Positions 39,123-48,594 of a DNA stretch of 64,000 nt are shown one piece after another. The first letter of the stretch is position 1; each line of letters opens with the position of its first letter. Position numbers and translations under genes: made by a program. The notes under the pieces are model-generated. The model ran no database searches, was not told the origin of the DNA, and saw only the letters and a list, made by a program, of their open reading frames with translations. The stretch spans positions 181,516 through 245,515 of the forward strand of contig CBEUCH010000003.1 in assembly GCA_965541585.1 (NCBI GenBank), in the 5' to 3' direction. The DNA comes from an uncultured bacterium (GTDB lineage Bacteria > Zixibacteria > MSB-5A5 > UBA10806).

Positions 39123-39315
39123 TTCTCCCGATAAAAGATCTGTAAGAATAAACAAAATGCACTACATTCCCTTTTCGTAATTACGTCTGAGATATAAGCG
39201 CGCCTGCGGATCTCATGGATAACCGCTTCTAGAACATGGAATCTGTTATCCCCCCGAGGAAATCGCTATTTTTATTGGACGCTGAACAAGTCGTATAATC
39301 CGGCTCGGGCGGAAA

Positions 39316-40776
39316 TTATATCCTTTTGAAGACTGCCATTCCGAGTTGTTCTGTGTCCCGGATGAATTCAAATCTCTTGATCTCTTGAAAATTCTCTTTT
39401 ATGTACGCTATCTGCTCGAATTGATCCAGATACTTTATTCTGAGAATTAAATAATCAGGATCAGCAAGTCTGATCTTTTTGGAGCGATTAGCTGCGTTTT
39501 GCTCAAGGTAATTCAACTCTATGAATTGTGGTGAAATGAGCCCGGCGTCGTCATAAATGTATCTTCGGCTGTGATAGCCTATGATACCTATAGGTTCCAG
39601 GTATAGGGTGGCCTTTTTCGGAGTATTCTGCTCTAAAAACTTCCCGATACTGGTGCGAAACGTTTTGAAGCTATATTCGCTTTGTAATTGGACTATTTTT
39701 GAGATAAACAACGGCGCCGTCGATACCAGCAGGATGAAAGCCATGGCGATCTGCAAGAAGAGCCTTCGTAAACTTGTTTTCCTGATGATATAGTCGTATA
39801 TGGTTATGACGGCAATTCCCGTAATTATGATATAAGCGAATAAAGGCGGTATGTAATACCAACCGTGTACATTTGTGTTTGCATAAGCGAGCGCTCCATA
39901 ATAAAGAAAAAACCATAAGATTATCGGGTAATATCTCAATTTTTTGACGAAGACGACGGTCATCCCCATCAGGAAAGCCAGGGTAGGGAGGGAACTCAAA
40001 TAACGGCCTTTGAGAAAGAACTTGGAAAGAATCAGCATTAATGCAGATATGCTTGAAGTCTGATGACCGGCATAAAGCACCAATTTCGCCCTTAAGGTAG
40101 TAGGAACAAACGTATCAAAATACGCGAAGATGAATAATTCCCACGCCATAAAAATGAGGAATGGGATTAGAAATGTTTTTAGTCGCAACGGTCTCTGGTC
40201 GAAGAGAATGAATATGGTTACGACGGCTACTGCGCTCAAGCCGTCAATCCTCAAAATGGCGCTTAAGAAAGCAAACAGCAGTGATAAAAGATATCTTTCC
40301 TTAAAGAGACTGTAAAAAGAAATTGCCAAAAGGCACGCGAAAAAGGCTGTTTCCATGCCTGAAATAGCCCAGCTTATATTGGACGGGGAAAAAACAAATA
40401 GGAGGGACGGAATGAAAGCTATTTTACTGCGGGAATAGCTGTATATCATTTTATAAACTATAAGACTTGTAATCCCTTCGGCAACAAGACTCATTGCAAG
40501 CGAGCTCACTATACATGGAATCCCGACTACTCTGAACAGAGCCAGAATTAGAGCGAATAATGGAGTTGTCGTACCAAGAACTTGCTCCCCGACGTTGTAG
40601 ACGAATCCGTTCCCCGCCGCCAGGTTTTCGGCATATCTCAACGTGATAAAAGCATCCTCATATATATTGGGTATAAATAGAAAGATAACCAGCCGCGTGA
40701 AAATGGTTAAGATAGGAATCAGCAATATATTGCTGTCATCCTTAATCAATTTGGCAGTCTTATGAATTATGTTCAT
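39316..40776 (-). CDS. GT-C fold membrane glycosyltransferase (AftB/PMT-like)
   Basis: EDAFITLRYAENLA.G.GFVYN.GE.V.G.T.PL, SGMET, R.DG; many TMs; AT-rich. Confidence 0.78.
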   Translation of the reverse strand: MNIIHKTAKLIKDDSNILLIPILTIFTRLVIFLFIPNIYEDAFITLRYAENLAAGNGFVYNVGEQVLGTTTPLFALILALFRVVGIPCIVSSLAMSLVAEGITSLIVYKMIYSYSRSKIAFIPSLLFVFSPSNISWAISGMETAFFACLLAISFYSLFKERYLLSLLFAFLSAILRIDGLSAVAVVTIFILFDQRPLRLKTFLIPFLIFMAWELFIFAYFDTFVPTTLRAKLVLYAGHQTSSISALMLILSKFFLKGRYLSSLPTLAFLMGMTVVFVKKLRYYPIILWFFLYYGALAYANTNVHGWYYIPPLFAYIIITGIAVITIYDYIIRKTSLRRLFLQIAMAFILLVSTAPLFISKIVQLQSEYSFKTFRTSIGKFLEQNTPKKATLYLEPIGIIGYHSRRYIYDDAGLISPQFIELNYLEQNAANRSKKIRLADPDYLILRIKYLDQFEQIAYIKENFQEIKRFEFIRDTEQLGMAVFKRI

Positions 40777-41090
40777 CGTATATCACGATCAATTAAGAAA
40801 GCGCTGTGAATAGCAATTCTATTTATGCTTCCACCTATTCACAGATCGAACTCAATTTTGCTGGCCCTCCTCGTAGTCAGCGTTGGATAAACAGATTCGT
40901 CCGAAAGCCGGCCACGCATTTTGTCCAGGCAACGGATGTACTTACCGCGCTTGGTGTTGTTAGATATGCAACTTCTCATTTTGTGTCAAGATATTTAGCC
41001 CTTTCTCGATCGATTCATCGTTTCCCTCCTGTAAAAAGAGGGTGTTTCCTCGGCATCTTGTCCACTGCTGCCTCTCACCGAAAGATTAAC

Positions 41091-41156
41091 CAGGCGGAGA
41101 ATCGTCTACATATTCAAGAGGCGATCATGGTCAAATTAGCGCAATCACTGGCCTGA
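41091..41156 (+). pseudogene. Duplicated argF C-terminal fragment (QAENRLHIQEAIMVKLAQSLA*)
   Basis: Matches the argF C-terminus QAENRLHIQKAIMVKL; no argF sequence upstream of it. Confidence 0.8.
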
Positions 41157-41317
41157 TCTTTCAAAGGTTCGTAGAATTATCCTGAGATCCTCGTATTTAT
41201 CGATCTATCTTTAATTATCCGGATAAATAGATTCTCAACGGCCACAAACTTGTTGATTTTATAGTGGCAGGTATTATTTTGCCGGGAGCGTTTCAACACG
41301 GTGCTTGGAGGTGTTTG

Positions 41318-42190
41318 ATGCCGAGGGTTTTGGAAAATATTCAGATAGGGCCGCTCAACTGGAAGATGAAGGTCCATGTCCCGAAATTGGTGAAGAAAGC
41401 GCAGGCCGGTCAATTTGTCATAATCCGTGTGAATGAGCAGGGGGAGCGCGTACCGATGTCTATTGCAGGGCTGGATCGCGAAGGCGGCGTACTTACCATA
41501 ATATACCAGGTGGTGGGGAAGACGTCGGCTCTGATGGCCACAGTGCCCGCGGGCGGGGAGATAATTAATTGCGTGGGGCCGCTCGGCCTGCCGACCCACG
41601 TTAAAAATTGGGGTACCGCTATTCTGGTTGGCGGGGGGATTGGTATTGCCCCGATCTACCCGATAGCGCAGGAATGGAAGAAGGCTGGCAATAAGTTATA
41701 CACCATCATCGGGGCTCGCTCGAAGAATATCCTGTTCTACGAAGATGAGCATCGGGCTGTAGCTGATGAATTGCATGTCTGCACCGACGACGGTTCCTAT
41801 GGCCATCATGGTTTCGTCTCTGATGTTTTAAAGCAGATTCTGGATAGCGGCGAGAAAATCGGCATGATTATGGCCATCGGGCCGGTGCCGATGATGAGAG
41901 TAGTATCGGAACTCACCGGGCCTTACAACGTTCCCACCTATGTGTCATTGAATCCTCTCATGGTCGACGGTACCGGCATGTGTGGTGGATGCCGGGTGGC
42001 CATTGGAGATACCACCAAATTCGCCTGTGTCGACGGCCCCGATTTCGACGGTCATAAGGTCGATTTCGACCTGCTTACAAAGCGGTTGTCGGCTTACAAA
42101 GCACAGGAGCGGGAATCGTTTCATAAATTTGTCGAATCTCCCGATTGCAAACTTCACAATTCCATAAAGGAACTGGCTCAGGCGATGTAG
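41318..42190 (+). CDS. nfnA: Electron-bifurcating transhydrogenase small subunit NfnA (SudB-like)
   Basis: GQFVIIR..E.GERVP, GPLG, GGGIG.AP, DGTGMCGGCRV, CVDGPDF. Confidence 0.92.
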   Translation: MPRVLENIQIGPLNWKMKVHVPKLVKKAQAGQFVIIRVNEQGERVPMSIAGLDREGGVLTIIYQVVGKTSALMATVPAGGEIINCVGPLGLPTHVKNWGTAILVGGGIGIAPIYPIAQEWKKAGNKLYTIIGARSKNILFYEDEHRAVADELHVCTDDGSYGHHGFVSDVLKQILDSGEKIGMIMAIGPVPMMRVVSELTGPYNVPTYVSLNPLMVDGTGMCGGCRVAIGDTTKFACVDGPDFDGHKVDFDLLTKRLSAYKAQERESFHKFVESPDCKLHNSIKELAQAM

Positions 42191-42231
42191 CGAGAGCATT
42201 CAGGGTATAGCAGGTAGTAGATTATTTTTTA

Positions 42232-42249
42232 TGGTGAAAGAATTCACAA
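42232..42249. promoter_or_regulatory. Rex-box-like operator upstream of nfnB
   Basis: TGGTGAA-AGAA-TTCACAA, one mismatch to TTGTGAA-N4-TTCACAA. Confidence 0.55.
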
Positions 42250-42277
42250 CATTGCATGTCTGTGAAGGAGAATAGAA

Positions 42278-43719
42278 TTGGCGAAGGATAGAATAGAGAA
42301 AAAAGAACGGATGAAAATTCCTCGCTGCACGATGCCGGAGCAGGATCCGGGTGCCAGGGCGGCGAATTTTGATGAGGTCCCTTATGGATTGACCGCGGAA
42401 ATGGCCATCAGAGAAGCGACGAGATGCATTGAGTGTAGCAAGGAGCCATGTGTGGCTGGATGTCCGGTTGAGGTGGATATTCCCGGTTTCATATCTTTGA
42501 TAATAGAAAAATTTTTGCCGGAGCTGCCCGCAAGATCAAGGAGACAAACTCACTACCTGCTATCTGTGGTCGGGTCTGTCCGCAGGAGGAGCAATGCGAG
42601 GTGGTCTGTATACTCTCGAAGAAATTCAAGCCGGTTGCTATCGGCCACCTCGAGAGATTCGTGGCGGATTATGAACGCGAACATGATCTCGTGCAGATTC
42701 CTGAGTTGGCGCCCCCGACCGGTTTCAAAATCGCCGTCGTCGGCGCAGGCCCGGCGGGGTTGACCGTGGCGGGCGACCTGACGCTCCTCGGACACAAGGT
42801 TACAATTTTCGAAGCGCTCCACAAACCCGGCGGCGTTCTGGTCTATGGCATTCCCGAATTCCGTTTGCCCAAGAAAATAGTGCAGGCCGAATGCGATTAT
42901 CTGGCAGACATGGGAGTTGAATTCGAAAACTCCATTGTCATTGGCAAAAGCGACACCATCGATGAGCTCTTTGAGATGGGAAACGATGCCGTCTTTATCG
43001 GCACCGGGGCCGGCCTGCCTAACTTCATGGGCATTCCCGGCGAAAATCTGATCGGCATTTATTCCTCGAATGAATACCTCACCAGGTCAAACCTGATGAG
43101 GGCCTTCGATTTCCCAACGTACGACACGCCGATCATTCGCGGCAAGAACGTCGCCGTCCTGGGCGGGGGGAATACCGCCATGGATTCCGTCAGAACGGCG
43201 TTGAGGTTGGGAGCAGATAACGCTTATATCGTCTACCGCCGATCGGAGGCCGAGATGCCTGCCCGGGCCGAGGAGATACATCATGCTCAGCAGGAGGGGG
43301 TGCAATTCCACATGCTAACGAACCCCGTCCGCTTTATGGGCAACGATGAGGCTAAGGTTGTGGCCATGGAATGTATCCAGATGAAATTAGGAGAGCCCGA
43401 CGATTCCGGCAGGCGCCGCCCGATCCCGATCGAGGACTCCAACTTCACCATGAATGTCGACCTGGTAGTGGTGGCAATAGGGAACTCCTCCAATCCGTTG
43501 ATCCCTCAGACTACTCCCGGCCTGGAGACAAACCGCTGGGGCAACATTGTTGTCAGTGAAGAGACCATGCAGACGTCCCGCGAGGGCGTATATGCCGGCG
43601 GTGATATCGTCACCGGTGGGGCTACGGTAATTCTGGCGGCGGGAGCGGGCAAGATGGCCGCCAAAGCCATGCATCAATACCTGATATCGAAAAAAGATAT
43701 GGCCGCGGCTGAGGGTTAA
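42278..43719 (+). pseudogene. nfnB: NfnB (SudA/GltD-like) large subunit, split by a frameshift near 42507-42516
   Basis: The first frame encodes RCIEC..PCVAGCPV.VDIP; the -1 frame continues AARKIKETNSLPAICGRVCPQE..C, GAGPAG, YGIPEFRLP, GGGNTAMD, GGD...G.ATV. Confidence 0.88.
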
Positions 43720-43816
43720 ACCATAGGTTCAACGATTTCGGTTAGTTGATTACAAGGGAAGAATATATATATTAGAGATGAGGCATGCCTGATCCCCATT
43801 TTGTCTTAAACCATCG

Positions 43817-45223
43817 CTATTTCAAAAGCGACATTCTTATAACCGCAGTTTCATCGCCCGCTGCTAATCTGGCGAAATAAATGCCGGATGATTTATCCTC
43901 AGCATTCCATACAACTTGATGATACCCGGCTGGCTGTTCTCCCTGAATCAACCTTTCGACCTTACGGCCGAGTATGTCGTAGATGTCGATGGTTATATCG
44001 GAGGCTGAAGGCAGGCTATATTGAACGATTGTAAAAGCGTTGAAGGGATTGGGATAGTTTTGGGAAATACTGAAACTCTCAGGCAGAGATGCTTCGGGAG
44101 AATTATCTACACCTGTCGTGCTTGAAAGATTTATCAATATTGAAACATCATCAGAGTAATAATTAGCCACAGCCAGGTCATTGTCGCCATCGCCGTCGAG
44201 GTCAACCGCGAAAACTGAAGTAGGCCAATTCCCGGCCCCGTAATTAATCGCCTCCTGAAATGTCCCGTTACCGTTATTCAGAAGGACTGAGACATTGTGC
44301 AAGGCACTAATAACCACGGCCAGGTCATTGTCATCATCGCCATCGAGGTCAATAGCAAGAACTGATGCAGGACCTATCCCGGCCCCGTAATTAACCGCCT
44401 CCTGAAATGTCCCGTCACCGCTATTCAGAAGGACTGAGACATTGCCGGAATTCCAATTAGCCACGGCCAGGTCATTGTCGCCATCGCCATCGAGGTCAAC
44501 CGCGAAAACTGAAGAAGGTTCTTGCCCGACCCCGTAATTAACCGCCCGCTGAAATGTCCCGTCACCGTTATTCAGAAGGACTGAGACATCGTCGTACCAA
44601 CTATTAGTCACGGCTAGGTCATTGTCGCCATCGCCATCGAGGTCGACCGCGAAAACTGAAGAAGGATGATTCCCGGTCCCGTAATTAACCGCCGCCTGAA
44701 ATGTCCCGTCACCGTCATTCAGAAGGACTGAGACATTGTAATCCCTATGATTAGCCACGGCCAGGTCATTGTCGCCATCGCCATCGAGGTCAACCGCGAA
44801 AACTGAATGAGGATGATCCCCGGCCCCGTAATCAACCGCTTGCTGAAATGTTCCGTCACCATTATTCAGGAGAATTGAGACGTTGTCGGATTCACCATTA
44901 GCTACGGCCAGATCATTGTCGCCATCGCCATCGAGGTCAACCGCGAAAACTGAATGAGGATGATGCCAGGCCTCGTAATTAACCGCCTGCTGAAATGTCG
45001 CGTCACCGTTATTCAGAAGCACTGAGACATTATCGGAATAACCATTAGCCACGGCCAGGTCATTGTCGCCATCGCCGTCGAGGTCAACTGCGAAAACTGA
45101 ATAAGGAGCATCCCCGGCTCCGTAATATACCCCATCCTCGAAGAGTTGTCCGAACGTCGGTGAACTCACCACTAAAATTAAAACACATAGGATTGTGAGG
45201 ACTGTGCAGACCCTTTTCATCAT
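43817..45223 (-). CDS. Secreted FG-GAP/VCBS repeat protein (7 x 49 aa) with T9SS-like C-terminal sorting domain
   Basis: Signal peptide; 7 DLDGDGDNDLAV repeats; SQNYPNPFN..IYDILGRKV..SSGIYF.RL..LLK tail. Confidence 0.9.
   Translation of the reverse strand: MMKRVCTVLTILCVLILVVSSPTFGQLFEDGVYYGAGDAPYSVFAVDLDGDGDNDLAVANGYSDNVSVLLNNGDATFQQAVNYEAWHHPHSVFAVDLDGDGDNDLAVANGESDNVSILLNNGDGTFQQAVDYGAGDHPHSVFAVDLDGDGDNDLAVANHRDYNVSVLLNDGDGTFQAAVNYGTGNHPSSVFAVDLDGDGDNDLAVTNSWYDDVSVLLNNGDGTFQRAVNYGVGQEPSSVFAVDLDGDGDNDLAVANWNSGNVSVLLNSGDGTFQEAVNYGAGIGPASVLAIDLDGDDDNDLAVVISALHNVSVLLNNGNGTFQEAINYGAGNWPTSVFAVDLDGDGDNDLAVANYYSDDVSILINLSSTTGVDNSPEASLPESFSISQNYPNPFNAFTIVQYSLPSASDITIDIYDILGRKVERLIQGEQPAGYHQVVWNAEDKSSGIYFARLAAGDETAVIRMSLLK
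44130..45140 (-). repeat. Intragenic tandem repeat array, 147-bp period, 7 units (boundaries approximate)
   Basis: The block gtcattgtcgccatcgcc(a/g)tcgaggtcaaccgcgaaaactga recurs at 147-bp spacing (e.g. GAGGTC at 44198 and 44345). Confidence 0.9.
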
Positions 45224-45391
45224 ATCCTCCTTGCGAGGTATTTATCCTTGCTGTCTATCGCAGATGCAATTTACACTTATACAATATACATAAAGAATTA
45301 TTCCACAATTCCACGTAAATGTCAAGGATTTTCGGTGTTTGCGAGCGTATATGCCCCGTCCCTCAACCGCCTAGGGTAGGGGAGAAGCCCC

Positions 45392-45428
45392 AAAAGAAAA
45401 GGGCCTATCGAAATGATAGACCCTTCTT
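45392..45428 (-). terminator. Putative terminator of the peptidase gene
   Basis: AAGGG(C)CTATC..GATAG(A)CCCTT hairpin with an A-tract on the + strand (U-tract on -). Confidence 0.55.
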
Positions 45429-45446
45429 CGTCTATATGCCAGGTCG

Positions 45447-48380
45447 CTATTTCAGAAGCGACATCCTGATAACTGCGGAATCATCACCGGCTGTTAATCT
45501 GGCGAAATAGATACCTGATGATCTATCCTTGGCATTCCATACAACTTGATGATAACCGGCTGGCTGTTCTCCCTGAATCAACGTTTCGACCTTACGGCCG
45601 AGTATGTCGTAGACGTCGATATTGACATTTAAAGGCTGAGGCAATGAGTATGTTATCACTGTCGATGCATTAAACGGATTGGGATAATTCTGCCTGAGCG
45701 TCAGATTCGAGGGAAGCTGAACAGCTTCATCCTCTGTCTTTGTAACCTCGCCTGCGCCGGTTATCCTGATGCCCCAGTTGTTCAGGGTGCCGCTGTTGCC
45801 CGGCTCCCTATCGGATGAATTGAAACGCCATCCGCCCTGGGATCGAAGGCCGACGAACCTGTTCATATCACCGGGGCCGTCAGGGATAATATCATCATCG
45901 TACCAGCCGAGAATGTCGTCGGCGCCGCCGCCGGATCTGTTATGCAGAAATGTCGTGGAATTATCCGGCGCCCGAACGAATACAAGCAGATCGCCGATAT
46001 TCGGATGAGTTATATCTACGAACACGTCCACCTCGAATATCTCCAGGTCCTCCATGACGAAAATAGTGTCGTCCACTCCGGCGTTGAAGTCGTCGGGTAT
46101 GGGGAAGCTTTCATCGGCCATGTATGTAACCGTGACCATATTCAGGACGTCGAACGAGAAATAGCCTTCCTCCGGCAAGTATGCGATATTGCCGTTGGCC
46201 GATACGTCCCTGGCCTTCAGCCTGTATTCGACAAAATCTCCGCCCTCGGCAAATTCGCTGAATTCACCCAGCCAGACGCTGTCGGCGTCGTCGAAGATCA
46301 GAGCGACGGTTTGAATCGGGCCAGAATTGATTCTAAATTCCATCCATGCGGAATCCACGCCGATGTTATCAGTAACCTGGGCGGTTACTGTTGCCGGCCA
46401 GTATACTTCTGGAAAATCATCCAGTGGTTCATGAGAGATCACCGGGGCTTGCGCGTCCGTTCCGGCAAAGAATGTAAACGGTCTGTCGGGAGACGTTACG
46501 GGCAAAACGGTGATAAGACCTCCGCTGTCCACGGCCCTGATGTAGTAGTACACATCGGATTCTTCGCCGGGCCCGGGTATTTCGGCCATGTACTCTTCGG
46601 GATTGCCGGTGGGATTCATATCAACTGTAATGAATTCCGAATCGGGATCATATCTATAAAAAACATGGACAGTATCGAGCCGGTTCGTATGATCGAATAT
46701 TGCCAGAACTTCGTAAGGCCCGTCGAGATCCTCGGTATCGGTCAGGGGCTGATGATATATATCCAGCACGATCGGCATCTCCTCCAGAATACCCCTGTCC
46801 ACAAACGCCTGCCCGATATCCATCAAATGAGCGCCTTCATATATGTTAATATCCGCTTGGACAATGGCATTAGCGCCGTCAACGAATCCCGCAGAAGAGG
46901 TCAGATAAAAATGGCTCTCGAGAACCAGTCGAGCTGTCGTATCGTATTCAATGGCATTCTGGATATCCCATAGGCATCTGCTCCATATCTCGCCGTCGGC
47001 ATGGACACTGCCGGTCATATCCTCGGGGTAATGTTTATCCTCATCAACCCTTCTGCCGGGCCAGAAATGCTCGACCGGGCCGAGATCCCAGTCGAAAACC
47101 TGCGCCTCGTCCCAATCGTTGAATACCGGATGGGCGAAGGCCACACTCAAATAGTCGCCGAATCCTTCCCCCATGGAACCACCCTCATGGGTCTGGCCCC
47201 ATCCCGGCACCTGATTGTGCTGCGTGGCGTGGCCATATTCGTGTATCACCACGTCACAGTCCTCGCCGTCATCCACTCCGCCGAACCCAAAGGTTAGCTG
47301 GCGGTTCGACGGATTATACCAGGAATTGTCCTGGCTGGTACCGTTGACGTTGACCCCGATCGAGAAATTCATGATGTTATCGAAACCGAGTGATTCGTAG
47401 AAGGCGTGGCAGGTGCTGATCTCGTAATAGACCACTACCTCCTCGAACTTGTCGTCATAGCGATTATAATGAAATGCATCAGGATCGTCTTCATTGGCCC
47501 TGTTGGATGTAGGGATGGTGTTCACATGCGGCCCGGAGAGGTAATAACGACCTCCATCAGGAGGATCCAGATCCTCCAGTATCACATCGAAACGGGCTGC
47601 AGTCAAAGCCTCATAGTTCCGATCGGAGGAGTCCGGCAGATTGAGTGTTCGCTCCGAGACCACGGGATTGGGATCGAATGTATATCCGGAACCATCTTCG
47701 AAACATAGAATATTCGATTTGTGGATAATCCGGCCGGTAATAGCATCGACAAAAACCTGCCATTCCCCGAGTGGATCATCGGCGGGTATCGATACCTTCC
47801 AGCAAAGGGCAGCGTCATTATTCGCTGCGTATACAACCAGTTCAAATTCAGGTTCGCCCCGGTATAATTGAACGTTAATGTCCGCGGCTGCAATTGCGGT
47901 AGCCAACACCCGAGAAATTGAGGCTTGTGTGGGCACGTCTATACCATGTTTGTAGTCTGAGATGACCGATGAGACGACATTCTCGAAAGTCACATTTATC
48001 AAAACCTGTGATGCAAAAACCGGTATGCCATTATAAACCTGTTGATATCTATAATGGTAAGCCGAAAGCGATCTGTTTATAGAGATTAATTCCAGATCGG
48101 AACCGCCCGGTTCTATTCCAAGGAGTGGAGAATATTGCCTCAAAAAATCCTCCACGACCCTCTCCGGTTCAACGGAATTGGCAGAAAAGGATGGATAATA
48201 GAGCCTTGACGCATAACCGTCGGATGAAATCCTGTCCTGCAGCATCTTTTCCGTGACAGGTTCCGGTGCGTTGTCGTTTTGTACAATGCTCTCGGGCCCG
48301 GGCGGTTTTTTGGCGGAAACCGCACCCAGCATTACGAAAGCGGTGATGAAAATTGTGAGCATACTCTTGCCGAACTTCAT
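45447..48380 (-). CDS. Secreted M36/M4-type zinc metallopeptidase with FTP/PepSY propeptide, P-domain and T9SS-like C-terminal domain
   Basis: HYRYQQVYNGIPV (FTP), VFVDAITG (PepSY), HEYGH + EGFGD, VHADGEIW, VDITH..IGDL (P-domain), QNYPNPFN tail. Confidence 0.88.
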   Translation of the reverse strand: MKFGKSMLTIFITAFVMLGAVSAKKPPGPESIVQNDNAPEPVTEKMLQDRISSDGYASRLYYPSFSANSVEPERVVEDFLRQYSPLLGIEPGGSDLELISINRSLSAYHYRYQQVYNGIPVFASQVLINVTFENVVSSVISDYKHGIDVPTQASISRVLATAIAAADINVQLYRGEPEFELVVYAANNDAALCWKVSIPADDPLGEWQVFVDAITGRIIHKSNILCFEDGSGYTFDPNPVVSERTLNLPDSSDRNYEALTAARFDVILEDLDPPDGGRYYLSGPHVNTIPTSNRANEDDPDAFHYNRYDDKFEEVVVYYEISTCHAFYESLGFDNIMNFSIGVNVNGTSQDNSWYNPSNRQLTFGFGGVDDGEDCDVVIHEYGHATQHNQVPGWGQTHEGGSMGEGFGDYLSVAFAHPVFNDWDEAQVFDWDLGPVEHFWPGRRVDEDKHYPEDMTGSVHADGEIWSRCLWDIQNAIEYDTTARLVLESHFYLTSSAGFVDGANAIVQADINIYEGAHLMDIGQAFVDRGILEEMPIVLDIYHQPLTDTEDLDGPYEVLAIFDHTNRLDTVHVFYRYDPDSEFITVDMNPTGNPEEYMAEIPGPGEESDVYYYIRAVDSGGLITVLPVTSPDRPFTFFAGTDAQAPVISHEPLDDFPEVYWPATVTAQVTDNIGVDSAWMEFRINSGPIQTVALIFDDADSVWLGEFSEFAEGGDFVEYRLKARDVSANGNIAYLPEEGYFSFDVLNMVTVTYMADESFPIPDDFNAGVDDTIFVMEDLEIFEVDVFVDITHPNIGDLLVFVRAPDNSTTFLHNRSGGGADDILGWYDDDIIPDGPGDMNRFVGLRSQGGWRFNSSDREPGNSGTLNNWGIRITGAGEVTKTEDEAVQLPSNLTLRQNYPNPFNASTVITYSLPQPLNVNIDVYDILGRKVETLIQGEQPAGYHQVVWNAKDRSSGIYFARLTAGDDSAVIRMSLLK

Positions 48381-48594
48381 TCCTGACCTCCAGATATTTC
48401 TTTTTCTTAATATATTTCAATAATATGAAAACACAAGCAAAAGTCCCTCATTTGAGAGCAGAACCTCAAGGATTCATATTGACTGCAGAATAAGCATCTT
48501 TTAAGTTATGCGGGAGCGGACAAAACAGATAGGAAAGCCTGTCCGGCCACGATCGTTGGGCCAATTGAAACCAGATTTGAAGCGCTGAGGAAGA

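Noticed and set aside
40806..41156. 116-aa ORF as a real gene
   Set aside because: Only the last 21 codons are recognisable (argF remnant); the rest looks like chance open frame
43817..45700. Diversity-generating retroelement TR/VR pair
   Set aside because: Both similar segments are coding tails, mismatches are mostly synonymous and not obviously adenine-specific, and there is no reverse transcriptase in the window
45942..46973. 343-aa ORF antisense to the peptidase
   Set aside because: Shadow ORF fully overlapping a well-supported gene; no motifs
48505..48594. purN leader hairpin (CGGACA..TGTCCG) as a ZTP or purine riboswitch
   Set aside because: Conserved ZTP and purine aptamer nucleotides and an expression platform are not evident
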